A stretch of DNA of 64,000 nucleotides. Origin: Fuerstiella sp. Lineage in GTDB: Bacteria; Planctomycetota; Planctomycetia; Planctomycetales; Planctomycetaceae. Position numbers and translations under genes: made by a program. Below are positions 55,325 to 64,000 of the stretch, piece after piece; positions within the stretch are counted from its first letter, which is position 1, and every line of letters starts with the position of its first letter. The notes beneath the pieces were generated by a model. It was given only the letters and a program-made list of their open reading frames with translations, searched no databases and was not told the origin of the DNA. Where the stretch lies: positions 20,764 through 84,763 of the forward strand of contig JBDWHY010000081.1 of NCBI GenBank assembly GCA_039974975.1. The letters are read 5' to 3'.

Positions 55325-55409
55325 CAGTTGCCTGTGGATCACAATTGTTTGCAGATCACAGTTGTCTGCAGATGACAGTTGTCTGCAGATGACAGTTGCC
55401 TGTGGATCT
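55325..55409. repeat. five tandem 17-bp repeats (CAGTTGYCTGYRGATSW) in an intergenic region
   Basis: Units start at 55325, 55342, 55359, 55376 and 55393. Units 3 and 4 are identical; units 1 and 5 differ only at the last base. Located between the S1C protease stop and the M28 start. Confidence 0.9.
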
Positions 55410-55439
55410 TAAGTAGGAATCGCGGGCTGCGGGCTTTGA

Positions 55440-56441
55440 CTATTTGGCTTCCGTATCCGATGCGGCAGATTCCATGACTTCTGCTGGAGTCTTTTGGCTG
55501 GTTCTTTGTGGTGGTTCAAGATAGCGGTAACCCGTGTTGGGGTTGGTTCTATCAAACGCAAACGCATCTCGGTTGTGAATGAAGTGTCTGAGATAGGCGA
55601 CGGGAATGGCGAAGCCTAGGCCCTCACCAAATGTCAATTTCATATTAATGACTCCGACAACCTGACCTCGATTGTTAAACAATGGTCCTCCACTGTTGCC
55701 AGGGTTAATCTGAGCGGTCGTTTGAATGTAGACGATGCCTTCCATGTTACGATTCTTTGTGCTGACGATTCCTTCAGACACAGATCGTTCTAGACCCAGT
55801 GGGCTGCCGATGGCAAAGACCGAGTCGCCTTCTCGTTGAGAATCATCGGCTGCAATATTCACAGGTTTGAAATCCAAACCTTCTTGCTTTGGAATTTGCA
55901 AGAGTGCCAAATCAAAATGAGGATTCAACGAAAGGATCTTCACATTGCGAATCGACTTGCGTTCGAATTCGCCGTTTTTTGTGCGATGGAAGATCGTCAC
56001 GGCGACTCGAGTTTGTCCTTCGACCACGTGATAGTTCGTGACGCAGTGTCCATCTTTGGTGACGACAAATCCTGACCCCAAACCGTCGGGAGTTTGAATC
56101 AGCACCACTCCCTCGGCAAACTTGCTGACAAGATCTTTTACGCTGCGGATGGGCATGTCGGCAAATTGCAACATTCCAGCTCCTGAACCCGATACTTCTG
56201 ATGCCACTTCAGGCTTCGGATTGTCTTCAATCCGTTGAGCGATCCGATTCAGTGGGATGCGAATCACGTCCACTCCGGCATCCACGTAAACCGCGTCTTC
56301 AAGTTCCTTCAGAACTTCACCAACGATTTCTTGGCCGGACTTCAAAATGATTTTATCAGCGGATGCTGATTGGCAAAAGAATCCAGACGCGACCAGTATG
56401 AGTAAACATCCGCAAAAACGACGACACGCAAGAAACGACAT
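55440..56441 (-). CDS. trypsin-like S1C serine protease (HtrA-type catalytic domain, no obvious PDZ)
   Basis: Signal peptide. Triad contexts VTNYHVV, DLALLQI, GNSGGPLFN. Confidence 0.88.
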   Translation of the reverse strand: MSFLACRRFCGCLLILVASGFFCQSASADKIILKSGQEIVGEVLKELEDAVYVDAGVDVIRIPLNRIAQRIEDNPKPEVASEVSGSGAGMLQFADMPIRSVKDLVSKFAEGVVLIQTPDGLGSGFVVTKDGHCVTNYHVVEGQTRVAVTIFHRTKNGEFERKSIRNVKILSLNPHFDLALLQIPKQEGLDFKPVNIAADDSQREGDSVFAIGSPLGLERSVSEGIVSTKNRNMEGIVYIQTTAQINPGNSGGPLFNNRGQVVGVINMKLTFGEGLGFAIPVAYLRHFIHNRDAFAFDRTNPNTGYRYLEPPQRTSQKTPAEVMESAASDTEAK

Positions 56442-56624
56442 GAAAAGAGCTCACAAAAAATCAGCCGAAGTCGGCTTAGACTGTTGACTATGATTGCTTA
56501 AGTCTAAAGCAGTCGGCAGGTAAACGGAAGTGGTTGTGAGGCGAAGGCTGAGTGAATCGAAACCACAGGCCGTTGCTGTAGCGACGCTGGATTTGGGGAA
56601 ATCCGTCTACGTTCTTTTGGCGAT

Positions 56625-58097
56625 CTAAGAAAAGAACGATGTGTTGGCGTTTGCTTTTACCAGTTCTCGTGGCTGGTTCAGGTGATTGAAGACCATTGTT
56701 TCCGGATCGATACCGAACGAATGATAGATGGACGCCAGTAGTTCTTGTGGGTGAACGGGATCTTCTAAGGGAGCTGATGCTGTTTTGTCTGATTTTCCAT
56801 GAACATAGCCCTGCTTTGTGCCGGCTCCAGCGAGAATACCCGTGTAGCAATATGGCCAGTGATCTCGACCATCATCGCTGTTGTTGTTGCCGCTCGTGCT
56901 GACTCCGCGTTGAGGGCTTCGACCAAATTCACCAACAACGACAACCAGAGTTTCTTCCAGCAGTCCTCGCTGATTCAAATCGTTGATCAGTCCAGAAACG
57001 GCTGAATCGAGCATAGGGGCGCTCTGGTTCTTCATGCGTTTGGAAAGGCCCTTGTGGTGGTCCCAAGAATGGTTATCACTGTTGGCGACCTTAGGCCAAA
57101 TCACTTCGACAACTCGAGTGCCCGCTTCGACCAGACGGCGAGCCAGCAAACAAGAATCTCCGAATGTGTTGCGGCCATAGGCTTCTCGAGTAGCATGGTC
57201 TTCTGCGGCCAAGTCAAAGGCTTCGCGTGCTCGTCCGGATACGATCAGGTCCAGAGCTTGTTCGTAGTACTGGTTCAGGTTGAGGTCCTTAACGGCGTGG
57301 TCCAGCTTTGGCATGCTGGCATTGATTTGATTTCTTAAAGCGGCTCGACGTTCCAATCTGACATCAAAGACTTCGGGGCGCAGTCTTAAATCGTCGATGC
57401 GAATGCGAGTCATCTTTTTCATATCCATGTCGTCACCGCCTGGATAAAGCGTATAGGGATCGTACGCTTTTCCGAGGAAACCAGCGGTTCCCCCTTTGCC
57501 CACAACATTGCTTTCTTGCAAAGGTCTGGGAAGCATAACGAACGGCAACATGGGTTCTTTAAGCGGGCGAAGACGCACAATGTTTGAACCAAAATTGGGG
57601 AAGTCTTTGGGGCTGGGAGGTTCAAGTTGCCCAGACGGACTGACCTTGTCCGTGGTGTATCCCGTCATCATTTGATAGATGGCAGCCGTGTGATTAAACA
57701 GGCCATTGGGCGTGTAGCTCAGGGATCGGATCATGGTAAACTGGTCGTTTATTTGAGCCAGCTTCGGAAGGTTTTCGGTAAAATTGACTCCGGGAATCTT
57801 AGTTGGAATGTTCTTGAAGATGCTGCGAACGTTGTCTGGTACGTCTTCTTTGGGATCCCACAAATCCAAATGCGACGGGCCACCTTGCAGGTAACACATG
57901 ATGACGCTTTTTGCCTTGCCCCAACCCGGAGTCCCCGAGTGGGCCGAGCCTTCAGCTGTTGCCGCCTTTAAGTGCAGCATGTTGGCCAATGACAGTCCTA
58001 GCATTCCAGATCCGCCAACTCGAAGCACATCACGACGAGTTGTTGCGGCACCGGGATCACAAAGGTCTTTTCCGGGCAGTCCCTGAATGTTCAACAT
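56625..58097 (-). CDS. DUF1501 domain protein (sulfatase-like fold, Tat-type signal)
   Basis: [19 protein letters not shown] signal. Family-typical [12 protein letters not shown] and VVVGEFGR...GRDHW. Sits downstream of its usual DUF1549/DUF1553 partner. Confidence 0.85.
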   Translation of the reverse strand: MLNIQGLPGKDLCDPGAATTRRDVLRVGGSGMLGLSLANMLHLKAATAEGSAHSGTPGWGKAKSVIMCYLQGGPSHLDLWDPKEDVPDNVRSIFKNIPTKIPGVNFTENLPKLAQINDQFTMIRSLSYTPNGLFNHTAAIYQMMTGYTTDKVSPSGQLEPPSPKDFPNFGSNIVRLRPLKEPMLPFVMLPRPLQESNVVGKGGTAGFLGKAYDPYTLYPGGDDMDMKKMTRIRIDDLRLRPEVFDVRLERRAALRNQINASMPKLDHAVKDLNLNQYYEQALDLIVSGRAREAFDLAAEDHATREAYGRNTFGDSCLLARRLVEAGTRVVEVIWPKVANSDNHSWDHHKGLSKRMKNQSAPMLDSAVSGLINDLNQRGLLEETLVVVVGEFGRSPQRGVSTSGNNNSDDGRDHWPYCYTGILAGAGTKQGYVHGKSDKTASAPLEDPVHPQELLASIYHSFGIDPETMVFNHLNQPRELVKANANTSFFS

Positions 58098-58187
58098 AGT
58101 GAAAGGTCCTGTAGAAGGGGCGCGTGATTGCTGCGATGAAGAGGTGGGATAAGCGCGTTCGGTGAAGAACTGGCCGTGGAATCAATT

Positions 58188-61100
58188 TTAGTGATTGAAC
58201 AAAAACTTGGGACTGTTAATCAGTGCCCATGCCAAGTCTTGAGCGGCCGTCAATCGGGCTTGTTCTGTTTGTTGCTGACTGTACTTTACGTCGCTTCGAT
58301 AGCGTTCTAGCAGCGTGTCGGTTGGGATCGGTTGTTGCAATAATGCAATTTGTTGCTTTCGTGAAACGACTCCGGCGTCTTCCGGAATTCGTCTGCTGAG
58401 TTCGGCCACCTTTGTGGTCTTCTTCATCAGGTCCGAGTCGGTTTTTAAGAACCATTCATTCAGCCGAGCCATCGATTCGGATGGCCGCTGGTCTTTGTCG
58501 ATGGTTGCGAGGCTTTCGAAATGTTCAGACAACGATAACCCCGGAGTCGCAGTTGGGCTGACAGAAATTCGGAACCGTCCCAACATGTGTTGCTTGGCTC
58601 CATGGTTTTGATGCAGCACAATTTTCAGGAGTGCGCCGCCTTCCAGCTTCAAATCGGACACGGTTTCGAAGGTGGCCCAATGAGTGACGCCTCCAGCATT
58701 TGCGACGGCCCAAGCGTTTTGGTTTCCTTTGTTGCCATCGAGTGTCAGTCCAATATTGAATCCTTGTTGCAGAAAATCGGCCTTTGCATTGTGAAGTTTC
58801 ACGGGCTGAAACTTTCCTGCATTCTTACCCGTTGCAGCAGCTGCTAGGACTTCAACTTCGGTGACAACGAAGTTGCCGTTTTTCGATATGCCGGGCCCAT
58901 TGCTGGCGAAACTGTCGTCGGCAAGAGCTTCGATTCGCAATGCTCGAATTGCATTCAGTGACGTTCTGAACGTGACAGTGTAGGCTCCCTTGTCAGCCGT
59001 TCCCACAGCTTGAATCGAGCGGTCCGGTTGAGCCTGGAGTTGGATTCCTTTCACTGCAGATAGCGATTCGGGTGCGAGTGGAAACCATTCTGCTTTGTTT
59101 CGATTTGTCTCTAAGAATTGATCAGCGGTTTCGTGGGCTTTCACTTTGGCGGCAGCCAGTGAAGCTTCTGCCACGTTCTTGTCTTTTAGTCTTTTCGCAT
59201 CGAGTTGCTTCCGAGAGTCGCTGATCGACAATTGGTAATCGGCAAGGTCTTGATTCAATGCGTCCAGTTCGGTTTTTTGGAGGGACTGTTTTTTGGGGAG
59301 TTCCTTGGCCCACCAAGCGGTTCGTTCTTCCAGTCTGTCGACGACCACTTCGTGGTCTTTGGATATGTCTTGCAGGATCGATAGCGCGGCTGCGATTTCA
59401 ATGTCGGTGGCCGGTCGATTAAAGATGTTCAATACGATTTCATTGACCAGCTTGCGATCATCGTCGATTTCGTTGACCAGTTTTGTGAGGCGATTGTTTG
59501 GATCGGCGAGGGCTTCACCCACAGTGGGGCCACCAATCAGGGCCATGATTGGCCCTAATTGCAAATCGGCAGAGCGTTCGCATTCACATGCGCTTTCTCG
59601 AACGGGGCGACCTAGGTTGGCAAGAAAGCCATCGGTGAGTTTGATGCCGGCATCTGGGATTGCGGCGGCTCGAGTCCCATCGGCAATGCCCGGAATTTTT
59701 GACGTTGATCCGACGGCCTTATGAATGGCGTCATACAGCACTTCGGCGGGCAAGCGGCGAGCCGTTGCGTGACTGAAGTTTTGGTGATCGTCTTCGTTAA
59801 AGGGATTGCTTTTGAACGACAGCTGGTAGGTTCTGGATTGGCAGATCTGTTTTAGCATGTGACGGACATCAAAATCCGACTGAATGAATTCCGTCGTTAG
59901 ATAGTCCAGCAGTTCTGGATTGGTGGCAGGGTTTCCTGCTCTGAGGTCGTCAATGGGTTCTCGAATACCGACTCCCAGCATGTAGCCCCACAGTCGGTTT
60001 GCATAACTTCGAGCGAAAAATTGGTTGTCTGTGGATGTCATCCACGCTGCCAGTTGTTGTCGACGATTGGCGTCGTCTGTTGCTTCGAACTTTGCTGCGA
60101 AGGGGAATTTCGGTTCAGTTTCTTGTCCCGTGCGATCGTGCTTGAGTTCTCCGGAATTCTTTTCATACACAACTTCATAAAACGGAGTCGCTCCTTCAAC
60201 AGCGCTGCCTCCGATTTTGCGTTTTCCGCTGGCGGGATCGGCCTTCAGCCCGACTCGAGCAAAGAACGCGGCCGTTTCATAATACTGATCCTGAGTCCAT
60301 TTTTCGAAGGGGTGATCATGGCATTTGTTGCAGTTGAATCGGACACCTAAGAATAGGTGAGTCGTATTTTCCATGATGTCTGCGGGTTCTCGCAGGATCT
60401 TGTAATACGACGCTGCCGGGTTTTCTTTGTTTGATCCGTCGGCGGTGATCACCTTCCGAACAAATTCGTCGTACGGAGTATTGTTTTGTACGTGATTTCG
60501 AATCCACGATCGAAATGCGGCCGAGCCTTCTGGTCCCAGAAATTTTCGATTGACCTGAAGTAGGTCTGCCCACTTGTTGGTCCAGTATTCGATATAGTCT
60601 GGGTTACCAATCAGTTGGTCGATGACTTCGTTGCGTTTGATCTGAGTGTCTCGTTCGTCGGCCAAGAAGGCTTTTACTTGTTTGACGGATGGCGGCAAGC
60701 CGGTCAGATCCAGATGGATTCTTCTTAAGAATTCCGCATCCGTACACAGATCGCTTGGTTTGATCTTGAGTCGCCTCCATTTTGCAGCGACAAGATCGTC
60801 GACAACCGTCCATGATTTTGGAGTCTGCCATTTGAAGCCGTCCCGGTTGCCCATCACGGTCAATGTCGTGGCAGCATAGGCACCTTCGAATCTGGCCAGC
60901 ACGGGTGATTCGCCTCGACGCAAAGCCGTCATTAATCCCCAACTGTTGCTGACGGCGACTTCGGTGTCGCCGCTGGTGATGAATGCTTCTCGAGTCACAT
61001 CCTTCACGGCTCCATCTGCGTAGGTGGCTTCGATTTTCATTTGTTGAGTCGCGTCGGCGGCGTCTAGGATCGGGTTTTCTGGGATAATGCGAATTGAGGC

Positions 61101-63056
61101 AACTTTGTTTGGTGCGGGGGCCAGTTTTGCACCTGCTGCGATCCAGTTTTTCATCACGTGATAGTACGCATTTTCAGTCGTCGTCAATGTGCCTCCGCCA
61201 TGACTGACTTCTTCCGCAGCTTTCATCAGCATCAGGCTGTCTGTGGGCGAGGTCAAATTGACTCGACGAGATCCCAGGTCGTCGGTGAAGGCTCGGATGT
61301 CGAAGATCGGATCGTAGCCTCGAAGAGAAAGTTTGAATCCATTTTTTCCCTTGGCTGATCCATGACAAGTTCCCTGATTGCAGCCCATCTTGGTCAAAAC
61401 AGGATTAACGTGTTGCACGAAGTCGGGCTTGAAGGGTTGGTTCAAACCGGAAACAGCGACGGGAATCGACTGTTGGTGTGATCGAAACTGAACGCCCAGT
61501 TTTCCAGAACCTTCTGCCTTGGCGGTCAGCAGGCCTGCGGCAGAGACGCTGACAGGAGATGCCTTGGGTGGCGTAATTTTTGCATCTCGTGTGACATCAA
61601 TTCGCCCGCCATTCTTTAAGACCGCCGTGACGAGCAGCTGGCAGTATTCAATCGGTGTTGACAGTTGCACATTGGATGGGTTCACTTCAAGTGCAACGAC
61701 TTCTGCGTCGTCAGCGATGATGGCTTTTGATGGAACAGGAGTTTCATCCCATTCCAGATCGGCAACAGAAATGATGTCGATTTCCTGGGCGTTGGATTGA
61801 ATGGGGGCAGCGCTGAATTTGTGAAGGACATGGGCGGTTTTTGAATCTTCGGCGGTTGAAGCGTCGATGATTCTGATCATGCCATCGCTACCGGATACAG
61901 CCACCTTGGGCTGGCTTGGATGCAGGGCGACTGCGTACAGGCTGCTGTCTTTTAGCTGAAGGGCCGCCACCTTCTTAATGTCTTTTGAGCGGAAGGCATC
62001 CAGCTGCTTTTGTTCGTCGCCCGACCGCTGGGATGTTCGCTTCTGGCTGATCTTCCTAAGCTTGTCGGTGAGGTTGGAATCGAAGTTGTAATCGTAGACC
62101 GCTAGCTCTCCGGCTCCGTCTAGGGAACTGACGGCCGCAATTCGTAAACCATCGGCGCTGACACCGACATCGAAGACTCGACCGCGCATCGGATTCAGCT
62201 TGCGAATCAAGTTTGAATCGTCACCGATTTTTCGGGCAGTCACTCGGAAGACTCGGTAAATCTTGGGGATTCCGTCAGAACCACCGACGATAATTTCGTC
62301 TCGAATGGGATGGCGATCGATGGCATTGATGCCGCCTTTAAGGGCACCGGGAGTAATCGATGTCACGTTATCGATAAAACGGTTCGTGGCGACTTCGGTC
62401 AATTTCACTGTCATGTCTTGAGAGACCGACAGCAGATGTGAGGTGTCGTTTTCGACTGTGAAGACTGTGTCTAAAACCCAATCGTTGTGTGCCCCTTGAA
62501 ACAAGACCTGCTTACCCGTTTCGGCGTTGATGGCTCGCACCGTGTTGTCGCTACATCCAAATGCAACGAGAGTCCCATCGGGCGACCAACTGGCTCCATA
62601 GACGGTGTCTTCGGTGACTTTGTGAGACAGTGTTTGGTTGCGAGATGCAACGTCCCAAATTTGGACTTCACCTTCGTTGCCGGGAAGTCCGCCAGTGACG
62701 GCGAGGCGATCGCCGTCTGGGCTGAAGCGAATGGATTCAATACGATCGGATTGGCCAATCAGTCTTGCGGCGATTCCAGATCCGTCTGTGTGGTGCAACA
62801 AGACTTCTCGAAACCCTGCCACTGCCAGCAGCTTGCCGTCGGGAGAATACTGAAGGCTTGTGACGACAGGAGGCCGAAAGTAGATCGGTTCGCTCATCTT
62901 GGCTTCAGCAGAGTTGGCTTGTGGCGGAACCGTGTTTTGAATGGAGGAAGAATCTTGAGCAGCAGCGTGCGAAATCAAGACTGTCTCGGAGAGTGCGAGC
63001 GTTACGACCAAACAGCATAGGGTCGAGAACGGTGGCTTCAACATGTGTCGATGCAT
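58188..63056 (-). CDS. giant WD40-repeat / Ig-like / DUF1549 / DUF1553 protein
   Basis: Signal peptide after ATG 63056 or 63044. N-terminal WD40-like repeats. DUF1549 hallmark FLRRIHLDLTGLPP. DUF1553 hallmark CNKCHDHPFEKWTQDQYY. The ORF is open from 63233. Confidence 0.85.
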   Translation of the reverse strand: MHRHMLKPPFSTLCCLVVTLALSETVLISHAAAQDSSSIQNTVPPQANSAEAKMSEPIYFRPPVVTSLQYSPDGKLLAVAGFREVLLHHTDGSGIAARLIGQSDRIESIRFSPDGDRLAVTGGLPGNEGEVQIWDVASRNQTLSHKVTEDTVYGASWSPDGTLVAFGCSDNTVRAINAETGKQVLFQGAHNDWVLDTVFTVENDTSHLLSVSQDMTVKLTEVATNRFIDNVTSITPGALKGGINAIDRHPIRDEIIVGGSDGIPKIYRVFRVTARKIGDDSNLIRKLNPMRGRVFDVGVSADGLRIAAVSSLDGAGELAVYDYNFDSNLTDKLRKISQKRTSQRSGDEQKQLDAFRSKDIKKVAALQLKDSSLYAVALHPSQPKVAVSGSDGMIRIIDASTAEDSKTAHVLHKFSAAPIQSNAQEIDIISVADLEWDETPVPSKAIIADDAEVVALEVNPSNVQLSTPIEYCQLLVTAVLKNGGRIDVTRDAKITPPKASPVSVSAAGLLTAKAEGSGKLGVQFRSHQQSIPVAVSGLNQPFKPDFVQHVNPVLTKMGCNQGTCHGSAKGKNGFKLSLRGYDPIFDIRAFTDDLGSRRVNLTSPTDSLMLMKAAEEVSHGGGTLTTTENAYYHVMKNWIAAGAKLAPAPNKVASIRIIPENPILDAADATQQMKIEATYADGAVKDVTREAFITSGDTEVAVSNSWGLMTALRRGESPVLARFEGAYAATTLTVMGNRDGFKWQTPKSWTVVDDLVAAKWRRLKIKPSDLCTDAEFLRRIHLDLTGLPPSVKQVKAFLADERDTQIKRNEVIDQLIGNPDYIEYWTNKWADLLQVNRKFLGPEGSAAFRSWIRNHVQNNTPYDEFVRKVITADGSNKENPAASYYKILREPADIMENTTHLFLGVRFNCNKCHDHPFEKWTQDQYYETAAFFARVGLKADPASGKRKIGGSAVEGATPFYEVVYEKNSGELKHDRTGQETEPKFPFAAKFEATDDANRRQQLAAWMTSTDNQFFARSYANRLWGYMLGVGIREPIDDLRAGNPATNPELLDYLTTEFIQSDFDVRHMLKQICQSRTYQLSFKSNPFNEDDHQNFSHATARRLPAEVLYDAIHKAVGSTSKIPGIADGTRAAAIPDAGIKLTDGFLANLGRPVRESACECERSADLQLGPIMALIGGPTVGEALADPNNRLTKLVNEIDDDRKLVNEIVLNIFNRPATDIEIAAALSILQDISKDHEVVVDRLEERTAWWAKELPKKQSLQKTELDALNQDLADYQLSISDSRKQLDAKRLKDKNVAEASLAAAKVKAHETADQFLETNRNKAEWFPLAPESLSAVKGIQLQAQPDRSIQAVGTADKGAYTVTFRTSLNAIRALRIEALADDSFASNGPGISKNGNFVVTEVEVLAAAATGKNAGKFQPVKLHNAKADFLQQGFNIGLTLDGNKGNQNAWAVANAGGVTHWATFETVSDLKLEGGALLKIVLHQNHGAKQHMLGRFRISVSPTATPGLSLSEHFESLATIDKDQRPSESMARLNEWFLKTDSDLMKKTTKVAELSRRIPEDAGVVSRKQQIALLQQPIPTDTLLERYRSDVKYSQQQTEQARLTAAQDLAWALINSPKFLFNH

Positions 63057-63317
63057 CAACGGAGGCTCCTGGCTGAGCTTGTTGTGGCACAGGTTGCAGG
63101 GAGCAACCCGAGATCGGAGGGAGCACGCAACACGATCGGCTTGGATTTTGATGCAGTGGGAATTGCAATGAAACCCGCGGCGATTGCACTCGGTGCTGCA
63201 GTTGAAGCTACCAATCATCACACGAAGACGCAAGTTGCATCCCGAACGGTGGCGCGTCGGCCGGTGGCTTAAAGTCTGGTCGCAATTCTACCTTAAGGCT
63301 TTGGCCTGGGCAGCCAT

Positions 63318-63677
63318 TTATTGCGTTTCAGAATCTTTGGGTTGTCCGAGTGAGGTCATCGGAACTTGATCAATCACCCATTCTGCAAACGTGTCAGTGG
63401 CTTCAACGATTGGCAGTGCGATGATCTGAGGCTCATCGTATGGGTGAATTTGTTGAATCAGGTTCTTCAGTTTGGGCCATGCCGCTTGGATTGTCTTGAT
63501 CGCTAGGACGTGTTCCAGCTGTTGCTGAAGTTGACCTTCCCAAACGTAATGGCTGGTGACGGCTGCCGAGACTTGTACACAGGCTGCGAGGCGAGCATTT
63601 AGTAGCTGTTCTGCGATGGAATGAGCAATCTTTGGGCAATTGACCGTTGTTTGCACCTGAATCAGATTGCCGCTCAT
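63318..63677 (-). CDS. cutA: divalent-cation tolerance protein CutA
   Basis: 119 aa. VQTTVNC...LAACVQV...SHYVWEG...E..L.IKT...YDEPQIIALPI pattern of CutA1. Confidence 0.85.
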   Translation of the reverse strand: MSGNLIQVQTTVNCPKIAHSIAEQLLNARLAACVQVSAAVTSHYVWEGQLQQQLEHVLAIKTIQAAWPKLKNLIQQIHPYDEPQIIALPIVEATDTFAEWVIDQVPMTSLGQPKDSETQ

Positions 63678-63997
63678 TACTTTTCCACCGTCGCTGTAGG
63701 CAGGGTGATCAGTGCGGGCTGATCACCGTTCCTGCTGGACGCTGCGGGGCGCCAGCCGTGTTTTTCATCTGTCAGTTTTTGCGAAGCGTCGCCTTGTGGA
63801 TTGCCTTCTTCTTTGGCATCACTTTTTTGTGGTTGCTTGGTCGGACCTGTGATCAGACCATCTTCGCGTTCGATCATTGAGTGTCCATCTTTGGAATGAC
63901 CCGTGAAGAGAGGGCGCGTTGCGCTAGGATGCATCTCGTCTGTGATAGCGTTCGTTGGTCCAGAAGCAGACAACTGCTGGTTGTTCAATGGGATCAC
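63677..63997 (-). CDS. hypothetical protein, probably 5'-truncated by the window edge
   Basis: The ORF remains open at the window end. Its stop overlaps the cutA start by 1 nt. Low-complexity polar sequence. Confidence 0.3.
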   Translation of the reverse strand: MIPLNNQQLSASGPTNAITDEMHPSATRPLFTGHSKDGHSMIEREDGLITGPTKQPQKSDAKEEGNPQGDASQKLTDEKHGWRPAASSRNGDQPALITLPTATVEK

Positions 63998-64000
63998 TTT

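Overview
This looks like a chromosomal segment of a Planctomycetota-like bacterium. That assignment is an inference from the DUF1501 plus DUF1549/DUF1553 gene pair and the overall gene content.

Left flank (1-10.5 kb): a copper/silver-type RND efflux cluster unusually rich in TRASH/YHS Cys modules, a sulfotransferase, a GT39/ArnT-like membrane glycosyltransferase, and a secreted Gly/Asn/Tyr-rich protein.

Centre (about 11.2-53.1 kb): a composite mobile island that ends at the 3' end of a canonical tmRNA gene (ssrA, 53103-53457, minus). A tyrosine integrase and an AlpA/Xis-type gene sit on the ssrA side. The island contains:
- (i) An integrated plasmid-like replicon: serine recombinase, RadC, XRE regulator, ArdC-like protein, ParB/ParA, a parS-like palindrome, nine 15-bp iterons, a RepA-like initiator, a primase, a Replic_Relax protein and a T4CP-like ATPase.
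- (ii) A small defence islet: a Fic protein with a convergent VbhA-like ORF, an AAA ATPase plus cytoplasmic S8 subtilase resembling IetAS, and a MazF remnant with an intact antitoxin.
- (iii) A more AT-rich minus-strand operon: SSS-like transporter, unknown 415-aa protein, cyclodipeptide-synthase-like protein, GNAT.
- (iv) A six-gene plus-strand operon: two secreted vWA proteins, a split tubulin/FtsZ-like GTPase, a TM coiled-coil protein and an FtsK/TraD-like ATPase. This is my top candidate for an undescribed system.
- (v) A second Replic_Relax gene, small orphan genes and structured non-coding regions.

Right flank (53.8-64 kb): M28 peptidase, S1C protease, DUF1501 protein, a giant WD40-DUF1549-DUF1553 protein, and CutA.

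All family assignments come from motif recognition by eye and need HMM or structure confirmation.
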